64,000 nucleotides of DNA from Octopus sinensis (lineage: Eukaryota): positions 35,252-99,251 of the forward strand of contig NW_021833121.1 in assembly GCF_006345805.1 (NCBI RefSeq). Reading direction: 5' to 3'. Below, piece after piece: positions 54,955 to 64,000 of the stretch. The position numbers were made by a program, and so were the translations under genes. The notes beneath the pieces were generated by a model. It was not told the DNA's origin. It saw only the letters and a list, made by a program, of their open reading frames with translations, and ran no database searches. Each line of letters starts with the position of its first letter. Position 1 is the first letter of the stretch.

Positions 54955-55362
54955 GGCGCAGGAGTGGCTGTGTGGTAAGTAGCTTGTTTACCAACCACAT
55001 GGTTCCGGGTTCAGTCCCACTGCGTGGCACCCTGGGCAAGTGTCTTCTACTATAGCCTCGGGCCGACCAAAGCCTTGTGAGTGGATTTGGTAGACGGGAA
55101 CTGAAAGAAGCCCGTCGTATATATGTATATATATATATATGCGTGTGTGTGTTTGTTTGTCTGTGTTTGTACCCCTAGCATTGCTTGACAACCGATGCTG
55201 GTGTGTTTATGTCCCCGTTACTTAGCGGTTTGGCAAAAGAGACCGATAGAATAAGTACTGGGCTTACAAAAGAATAAGTCCCGGGGTCGATTTGCTCGAT
55301 TAAAGGTGGTGCTCCAGCATAGCCACAGTCAAATGACTGAAACAAGTAAAAGAGTAAAAGAG
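54955..55362 (+). mobile_element. tRNA-derived SINE, well preserved
   Basis: ggcgcaggagtggctgtgtggtaag (A box), gggttcagtccc (B box), CpG-rich body, gtaaaagagtaaaagag tail. Confidence 0.9.
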
Positions 55363-57030
55363 TATAGTAATATAATTTTTGGAGAAATAACCGGTTTCAT
55401 ATTTTCTTTTCAAATTTCTAAATGAAACCATTAAAAAATCACCAAAGACGTACATACATGTACCAAACCCAGGGGACATAAAACTACAACCAATTGTAGC
55501 TGGCCCAGCCTGTGAATCACTCAGACTAAATCTATTTATAGTCATCCTCCTTAAACACATCAATAGCCATACCAGAGGTGACTTGGATATGTTAAATCAC
55601 CTTCCAAAAAAAGTCAAGGAAGAAACAATCATGGTTTCATTTGATATAGTTAATTTATATACCAGTATACCTCATAATTATGGCCTAGAGGCAATTCAGT
55701 TCTGGCTCGATCAATTTCCGGAAGAAATACCAAAAAGGATCAGTAAAGAATTCATAACTAAATCGGTTGAATTCATCCTACAAAATAACCACGTCATGAT
55801 TGACAATGCATTTTACCATTAAAATTCAGAATTGTTATGGGTACTAGGGCAGCACCAGTCATTGCGAACCTAACAATGGGCTACCTGGAGGTAATAATAT
55901 GCCAAGAATCTTTATCTACCTTTGGAAACCCCTTTTCCCAATACATAAAAGAAAATTGGAAAAGTTTTCTAGATGACTGTTTCATAATATAGAATGAAAA
56001 CAAAGAAAAACTCCTAAAATTCAAAAGCCTATTGAACGGCGTCAACCCAAACATACAGTCCACAATGGAGTACAACCAAAAGGAGCTTCCGTTCTTAGAT
56101 ATACTAATTAAAAAAATAAACCTAAAAATAGAAATGGACATATTTTACAAAACCACAGACGCCAAACAATATCTACTTTTTGATTCATGCCACCCAAGAC
56201 ACACCAAAACAAACATCCCCTTCAACCTTGCAAGAAGGATATGCACAATAGTGTCAGAACAAAATACCAGAAACTTTAAATGGCAAGAACTCAAAAACAC
56301 CCTAATTGACAGACACTACCCAGTTCAACTCATAGAGGATGGAATCAGACGTGCAACACAAATCGACATAGAAACCTTAAGAAAAGTTCAACACAGCAAC
56401 ACACCTTCACCGAAAATACTGCCGTACATATCCACATACAACCCCAGAAACAAAGAAGCCTTCACCATCATCACCCAAAATTTACCAATGCTACATAAGG
56501 ACCCCAAATTAAAGAAAATTTTACATATACATAAAATCATTAAAAGCTACAACAACTGAAATCACTAAAAAAGATCCTCACAAAGGCAAAATTATTTTCT
56601 AAAATAACGGATGCAAAAGTGAAGAAATGTGGTAGACCAAATTGCACAACATGCCCCAAACCTTCTAAAAGGATCAGAATTCCTCTTCAAGGAGGGACAA
56701 AAATTCAAAATCAAATCTAATTTTACTTGTGCTTCAGAAAACCTGATTTATGCCATAAGATTCTTGGGCTGCCACCAAAACTACATAGGGTCCACGGGAT
56801 TATCACTCAGATGCAGATGCACTCTGCATTGACAGCAGATTGCATTCCCAGAATACAGAATGATACCCTTTAGTGAACATATTGAGTAATGTGCAAAGCA
56901 ACTACTACCACAATTTATAATCTTTCCATTCTATCAATGTACCATTGGAACTCCAACACAAGTTAGATTAAATAAGGATACCTTCTTCATTGAAAAATAT
57001 AAGCCAAAACTTAACCATTTCTAACATTTT
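55363..57030 (+). mobile_element. Penelope-like element, 5'-truncated, frameshifted RT + GIY-YIG
   Basis: LQPIVAGPACE; VSFDIVNLYTSIP; MGTRAAPVIANLTMGYLE; LPFLDI...FYKTTDAKQYLLFDSCHPRHTKTNIPF; FTCASENLIYAI...NYIGSTG; FFIEKYKPKLN. The 3' tail is tandemly duplicated (about 56985-57090). Confidence 0.92.
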
Positions 57031-57185
57031 TAAATAAGGAAACTCACCTCATTGAAAAAAATATAAAGCAAAACCTAACCACTTGTAACATTCTATTCCT
57101 TCTGAACCAAATCATGTTAAATTAGTCATTCCCAATATGTTTGATTATCTTCTGTGTAAACTGTGGTATGGAGGTATGATATCTA

Positions 57186-57709
57186 CTATGTATATTTCCT
57201 ATTTAGTATTGGGGAGGTTTCCTTTATAAGGATGTACTCCCATATTTGTTTGAGTGTTGGGTCTTTTGGGTGCTTGGATAAGATGTGGATGTCAAGTTGA
57301 CCCAAGTTGCCTCCGTGGTGGTCTTTGGCATGTTGGTAGAGTATGGAGGACTGTTTTTTGTCATCATATTGTCTCAGATGTTCATTTAGTTGTTCCGCAA
57401 TGCTCCTAGATGTCTCCCCTATGTACATCATGTTCATGTCTTTACAAGCACCTTCTGCGCATCTTATGTTGTAAACTACATTTCAAGGTCTACAGTTAAT
57501 GCCAGGGTTAATCCTACTTACCATGCAGTTATCATTGGTGCATATGGTATTCTCAAAGGGGTACATCCTACATAGTTGTGATCTGACGGAGTTTCCTGAC
57601 TTTTCAAACCCTGGCATTAACTGTAGACCTCGAAATGTAGTTTACAGCAGAAGATGCATAGAAGGTGCTTGTAAAGACATGAACATGATGTACATAGGGG
57701 AGATATCTA
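57186..57709 (-). mobile_element. Penelope-like GIY-YIG fragment with a 103-bp inverted duplication
   Basis: Minus ORF MYIGETSRSIAEQLNEH...ILIKETSPILNRK; 57407-57509 is the reverse complement of 57607-57709. Confidence 0.8.
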
Positions 57710-58559
57710 TATTAAGTATGCAATATGTATAAATATTAAACTATTTCTAATATAATTTCTTTTCCTCCCTCTATTGTGGTAAAAGTTTGATATATACTCA
57801 AAAGTATTCATAAATTTCTATCTTTTGTTACAATATTATTCTTAATAATCTTTTGAATAACTTTATCTGTATACAATATAGCAACATTGTTTTATAGTAT
57901 TCAACTATAGTACTACATGATAAGACTTCCCCTGTTTCATTATCAATGGTCTGCTAGTGGGTGACCCCTTAATTATCAGCTAACATCTTGTTTCAAGTTT
58001 TTTCTTACAAAACCTCATGACACTGCTTCTAATAAATCTTGATTTTTATGTCTATACCATCTAAAATGTCTGTTTACTCCATCAACCCTACCCCAAACAG
58101 ATACTACCCTCTGTTTCTCTCAGCCTTAAATATACAAGGGATATGATAAACTAGTCTATAAAGTAAAACTGACCCCATGAAAAAACAACAAAACAAAAAA
58201 TCAATGACAGGCAGTGTCTTCTTGAAAAAATTTTAGTTACGACTGTGCTGTTGTAGGTACAAGATGTTCTTTGTCTATCTCCTTAACTTCTTGGAGATTT
58301 TAGGTAAAATTACACTAATGTGTCCATCTGTTTTAATTTAATTAAATTCTGTCTTTGTGCAGCTAAAGATTGCTCTACATATTAAATTGACATAATGATT
58401 GCATTGTTCAATTAAATGGAGTTGCATGAAATGATCATACTGCATTATCTCTGGATATCTTTGTTGCTTATTTTGATTATATATATATATGATAATAATA
58501 ATGATAATAATAATAATAATAATAATAATATAATAATAATAATTTTATTATTAGGGTGT

Positions 58560-60270
58560 ATAACTCTAAACTTGCAGGGAAAAATTGAGATTAGACGAAC
58601 TTGTAAGGTGGTCAAGGATGCTATTTAGTGCAAAAAAGTCGCGTAGTCTGACATTTGTTAAGGGAGTGCAGAAAGAATTTAAATTTCGAATATCCAAAGA
58701 AAGCATTCCAACAGTCAAGGAAGAGCCCGTCAAGAGCTTGGGACGAGTATACACTGGAACATTGTCAGACAGAAGTTGTGGGATTGAAATTATGAAACAG
58801 GCTGAGGCTGGGTTATCAGCGATTGATAATTCGAAGTTACCAGGTAAATATAAAATTTGGTGCTTGCAGCTCTTTATCGTAAAAGAGGTTTGTTGCAGCT
58901 ACCAATAGCATCAATAGTCGAAATATATAAGCTAGGGAAGATACGGACGGTCATGATGCTGAGAGAATCGAAAGATATGGAAATCAGGCGTAACCCACCA
59001 GAGGTTAAAACAGCCAGGAAGTGGAAAGCAGAAGCAGAAACTGACGACATCTTGTCTTCTCTTATACACAGAGATGTGGTGGGAGCAACGCAGAACCATC
59101 GGAAAGGACTTGGTTTTGGCACGGATCAGTTCAGACCGTTTGCAAGCATGATGCGGAGTGAACGCAGATCTGTTGTTAGCAACAGCGTCAAAACAAGAGA
59201 AGCAGAGAGAAGAGAGCTTCATTTGATACGATGTGTTCATCAAGGTCAGATGATGAGATGGGAAGAACATGTTGTTGAGAGGAAGATAAGTTGGGATGAG
59301 ATGTGGAAGTGGACGACATCTCAGCTGAGTTTCCTGATTCGTTCATCTTATGATGTTTTGCCATCACCTACGAATCTAATAAGATGGAACGTCTCAGGGA
59401 ATGACATCTGCAAATGTGGAAAGGTCGATACACTAAAACATATTCTTTCCAACTGTTCATTAGCATTGAACAGGTATACATGGAGGCACAACTTGGTCCT
59501 TAAGGTTATCTTCAATGCTATAAAGAACCAAATTCATCTCAACAACACTGAGGAGAAACCGTTGAAAGTACCATCAAGAGATTTCATTACCTTTGTGCGA
59601 CCAGGTCAGCAGATCCGTTTCAAGAAGATCAAGAAACTTCCTGAGAGAAATGAAAAGTGGAACGGCTATTGGGAGGTAACTGCAGATTTACCTGGGTGCC
59701 AAGTTTTCTTTCCCATCCCAGTTACGAAAAAACCAGATATTTTGATGTGGGGTGAAAGAAAGAAAGTTGTAAATATAGTCGAGCTAACGGTTCCTCATGA
59801 AGATAATATGGACGCCGCTCGGGCTCGAAAATTGAACCGTTATTTAAAGCTCCTCGTGGAATGTGAAGACGCAGGCTGGAAAGCGGAACATTTTCCTATC
59901 GAAGTCGGATGTAGAGGGTTTGTTGGACACAGCGTGAGACGACTGTTGTTATCTCTAGGCCTAACTCATCATAAAGTCAATACCACCATGACTGATATCC
60001 AATCTACAGTGGAGAAGGCTAGCCACTGGATTTGGTTAAAAAGAGACGATGAGCGATGACTAGAAGGATATTGAGTTTAACTTTATAACCAGCTGATCTA
60101 GCAAGCGGGGCCTCATATCAGTGAGGGGGCCGCTGTGCATTGATGCCGTCGAGAGGTAGGCCCCAAAACGGCACGCATTCTCACCTGATGACCCCATACA
60201 CTTGCTGGCTTCCGGTATACGGAGCTTTTGACTGGTAGCACTTGCATGTGCAAGTTGTTTGCAAGACATC
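58560..60270 (+). mobile_element. Hero-like non-LTR retrotransposon with restriction-like endonuclease, 5'-truncated with an internal deletion
   Basis: RT end LVRWSRMLFSAKKSRSL; KLPGKYKIWCLQ; CCHC knuckle CKCGKVDTLKHILSNC; RHNLVL; REL motifs KKPDILMW, ELTVPHE, RKLNRY and PIEVGCRGFV; stop at 60059; GC-rich 3' UTR. Confidence 0.88.
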
Positions 60271-60289
60271 TAAAATCAAATTTCACAAT

Positions 60290-61890
60290 ATAAATATATA
60301 TATATAAATGAGAAAAACAATTATTATATAATTCAAACAATGATCGATGTAAATCATACTATATAGAAAAAATAAAATATATGATAAAACACTTACCTAG
60401 ATCACAATAAATTATATAATAAATAAACAAACAGTATATAATTAGTAAAAAGACTACGTATATTTCGTGGCTATATCTTCAATTTGAATTACAATTAAAT
60501 TTAAATTTAGATTTAATCAATCCAAAAACAATTCAATTTAAAAGTATAGTCACTCCTCAGGTCAACAATAATAATAATAAATACATATTTTTAATAAATA
60601 ATCAAACAGAATTAAACAATATTTCTTAAAGAAATAAAACATGATTCTTCTTATAAAAGAAATTCTATTAACTAAATCTTAAACTTAAAAAGTATGACCA
60701 AGTGTTTATAATACAATTATCACATTAAAAACCTAACGTGAAAAAATAGGGTAAATAGATAGTAATATGTAATTTATTTGTGAAAATATATTTTAACTTT
60801 GATAATAATCTAAACAAGCTATAGTATATCTTTACTGGAAAAATATATGAGTACAATTAATTAAAATAAAAATACTTAAAATACATCATATACTTAAGTT
60901 AAGCTAAATTACTATAATTTAATCTATATTCATTAATTAATTAAATAATATATTTATTTACTAATTAAATAAACATCTAATTTGATACGATTCTAACTAT
61001 GTACTAAACCCTACACAAACATGTGTACACTTATAATATATCTTATATCAACAATGCTGCAGCCACAACCCTGCAATAGTATTTTGTATATATTTAAAAA
61101 ATATACTCACAAATTATTTAAACTTATTAAATTAATTTATGTCTAGAAGTAATATTTCGCTCATTGACAGAATAAACAAAGTACTTATTATTATTATTAA
61201 ATTCAATAGTATATAAAGAAAAAAAGCTTTTCACTACCTATACTGTAATATTTTACGTTACAAACTATTTCACAAAACAACCACGAATAATACTTTTAGA
61301 TTTTAGTTCTCATATAATAATTATTGTAATAAGAATAATTAAATAAATGTATGTATCTTAAATTATGATTAAATAAAAAAAATTAGAAATAAATATTTTT
61401 TTAATCAATAATCATATGAATTTCACCATTATTTCTTAAATAAAATGTATACATATTTTTTCAAAGATATTTTATAAACTAAAAAATTTTAAATTAAAAC
61501 ATATAACTTAGTCCAGATCAAATATTTTGAATATTAAGGGAATAACGAAAGTACTTATTATTATTATTCAATTCAATAGTACAAAAGAAATTAAAACTTT
61601 TCATTACCTATACTATAATATTTTACATTACAAACTATATCACAAAGCAACCACACTTAATGTTTTGATTAACTTTAAATTTAATTGTAATTTAGATTGA
61701 AAATATGGCCACAAAATATATGTAGTCTATTTACTATTTATATACTGTTTGTTTATTTATTATTATGTACTTTATTGTGATCTTGGTAAATGTTTTATCA
61801 TATATTTTATTTTCTCTATATGGTATGATTTACATCTATCATTGTTTGAATTACATAATAGTGGTTTTTCTCAAATTTATATATATATAT
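60290..61890. mobile_element. 1.6-kb AT-rich non-coding element with about 220-bp terminal inverted repeats and an internal 110-bp direct repeat
   Basis: 60290-60510 matches the reverse complement of 61672-61890; 61178-61290 repeats at 61548-61660; (TA)n flanks. Confidence 0.75.
60452..60563 (-). ncRNA. Type I hammerhead motif with an 87-nt stem II
   Basis: Minus strand: gac CTGAGGA gtgactata...(AT-rich)...tatagccac GAAA tatacG TA^ gtc. Stem I gac/gtc; stem II base pairs at 8 of 9 positions. Confidence 0.6.
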
Positions 61891-62125
61891 TACGGAGATA
61901 TACTTGCATAGCGAGTGACTTGATCTGAGTTCATGTGATGGAATGAAAACAATTGCAGTGTGGAAGGTGTTTATAAACCATTTAAGAAACACACAAAAAC
62001 CGTTAGATTCACTTCAACATTTAAATTTAATTTGTCAAAATATTTTCGTCGCTTTGAGACCGCGACCTGTTCACTGACAAAACTTTGTGCTTATAAACAC
62101 CTTCCACACTGCAATTGTTTATATA
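61890..62125 (-). mobile_element. Short fold-back element (30-bp inverted repeat 61947-61976 / 62091-62120) enclosing a hammerhead variant
   Basis: aaacaattgcagtgtggaaggtgtttataa and its exact reverse complement; (TA)n on both flanks. Confidence 0.75.
62031..62081 (-). ncRNA. Type I hammerhead variant with a G3-C8 swapped core
   Basis: Minus strand: tttgtca GTGAACA g gtcgc ggtctcaaa gcgac GAA AATATT T^ tgacaaa. 7-bp stem I, 5-bp stem II, palindromic stem III. Confidence 0.6.
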
Positions 62126-62134
62126 TATATAACT

Positions 62135-64000
62135 TTCCCAGGTGAAGAATGTACCCCACAACATAGACTGGTAGTTAGTGACTTTAGGATCAGGACTAAG
62201 AGGACGACCACAAGACGACCAACATGGAGAAGAAGGATCTGGAAGCTTAAAGATCCTACAAATGGACAGAGATTTAGAGACATATTACTTGAAGCCTTTG
62301 ACGAAATAGAAGGGGATATAGCTACACATGGGGCAGAAGACAACTGGAGGTCTCTAAGGGACAACCTGCTGAGAGCCACTGACCAGATCTGTGGTTGGTG
62401 CAAAGTCCCCTCAAGACCCAAAATAACGTGGTGGTGGAACAATATAGTTGACAGGGCTCTTAGACAAAAGAAACAGGCTTGGAAGCACTGGAAGAATGGT
62501 GGTAGCAGGGAATTGTATCAGACTGCAAGAAGGGAAGCTAGGAGGCAGGTGTATTTAGCCAGAGTGGAAGCAGATAAGAAAAAATTTAACAATGTTCTGA
62601 GCCATGAGGAAGAAAGACTTGAGGTATTTCGTGTTGCAAGACAGAGTGTGAGAGAAAATCGTGATGTGGTAGGACAGAAATGTGTTCGCATGGATGATGG
62701 TTCACTTGCGCTAAATGAGGATGCAAAGAGAGAGGTTTGGAGACACCACTATGAAAGGTTGCTGAATAAAGAAAATGAATGGGATAAAGAGAGTCTGTCG
62801 AATGTCGATCCAACAGAGGGACAAGCTATCCGAGTTGACAGTTCCTTGGTAGTTAAGGCAATTAGAAGCATGAAGACAGGGAAAGCCCCAGGCCCATCAG
62901 GAATTACTGCAGAGATGATTAAAATATCTGGCAGTGTCGGCTATAGCCCAGTCACCCATATAGTTAACCAGGTGATACACGAAGGAGTCATTCCCAATGA
63001 CTGGTGTAGCAGCATAATAGTCAACTGCTAAAAAGTTAAAGGTGACGCCCTATATACAAATAACAACAGGGGTATCAAGCTATTGGATCAGGTAATGAAG
63101 GTTACGGAGAGGGTCATAGCCCAACTAATTAGAGAGAGAGTTAGTTTAGATGAGATGCAGTCTGGGCTCGTGCCAGGGAAAAGTACTGCTGATGCTATAT
63201 TCCTGGTAAGACAGCTGCAGGAGAAATACCTAGCCAAAGATAAGCCCCTGTACCTGGCTTTTGTTGACATGGAGAAAGCCTTCAACATGGTACTCCGATC
63301 ACTTATCTGGTGGTCAATGAGGAAACTAGGGATAGATGAATTGTTAGTGAGAGCTGTGCGAGCCATGTACAGGGACGCTGCTAGTAAGGTGAGGGTTGGC
63401 AACGAGTACAGTGAAGAATTCCGGGTAGAGGTTGGGGTCCACCAAGGCTCAGTCCTCAGCCCCCTCCTATTTATCATAGTCCTCCAGGCAATAATGGAGA
63501 AATTCAAGACAGGATGCCCCTGGGAGCTCCTCTATGCTGGTGACCTTGCTCTAATTACTGAGTCACTATCAGAACTGGAGGAGAAGTTTCAGGTGTGGAA
63601 GCAAGGATTAGAATCAAAGGGCCTTAGAGTCAACCTAGCTAAACCAAAGTCCTAATAAGTAGGAAGGTAGACAAATCACAAACGCCTTCAGGCAGATGGC
63701 CCTCCTCGATCTGTAGAAAAGGCGTAGGTAGAAACTCTATAAGATGTACCAAGTGTAAGCTATGGACACATAAGAGGTGCAGCAATGTCAAAGGAAGGCT
63801 AACTAGGAAAATAGTTTTTGTATGTGGCAGATGCTCAAGTGCAATAAACACTGAAAATGTGCAGAGACCAACTTCCACCACATTCCAGGGAGAAAAACTA
63901 GAAATAGTTGATAGCTTCCATTACCTAGGTGACCAAGTCAGTAGCGGGGGTGGGTGTGCTAAAAATGTAACTGCTAGAGTAAGAATAGCCTGGGCAAAGT
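62135..64000 (+). mobile_element. RTE-type LINE, young 5'-truncated copy running off the window end
   Basis: ORFs 62087-63031 and 63083-63655 (GKSTADAIFLVRQLQEKYLAK; GVHQGSVLSPLLFIIV; LLYAGD), then the PHD-like insert and DSFHYLGD; one stop and a frameshift. Confidence 0.93.

Noticed and set aside
60140-60200. Hammerhead in the Hero 3' UTR (tgccGTC...aaaacggca, CTGATGA)
   Set aside because: The order of segments is incompatible with any hammerhead topology, and stems I and II do not pair.

Overview
Eukaryotic (metazoan) genomic DNA that is almost entirely decayed transposons and microsatellites. The SINE and LINE families resemble those I recall from octopus genomes, so the taxon is an inference. 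Retroelements: many copies of an RTE-type LINE (AP-endonuclease + RT with a PHD-like Cys/His insert, (GAT)n tail), BovB-like RTEs, tRNA-headed SINEs, three Penelope-like (PLE) remnants and a 5'-truncated Hero-type REL retrotransposon. DNA elements: a Helitron remnant, Tc1/mariner/pogo fragments and MITEs. The only convincing host coding sequence is one phase 1-1 immunoglobulin-domain exon (17974-18276, minus). The most notable signal is a set of sequence-unrelated, AT-rich fold-back elements carrying type I hammerhead ribozyme motifs (2596, 3052, 28367, 60452, 62031; a degenerate one at 26741). They include a G3-C8 compensatory core swap, an 87-nt stem II, and one case where the inversion breakpoint falls on the predicted cleavage site. 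All folds were derived by eye, and none has been computed or tested.
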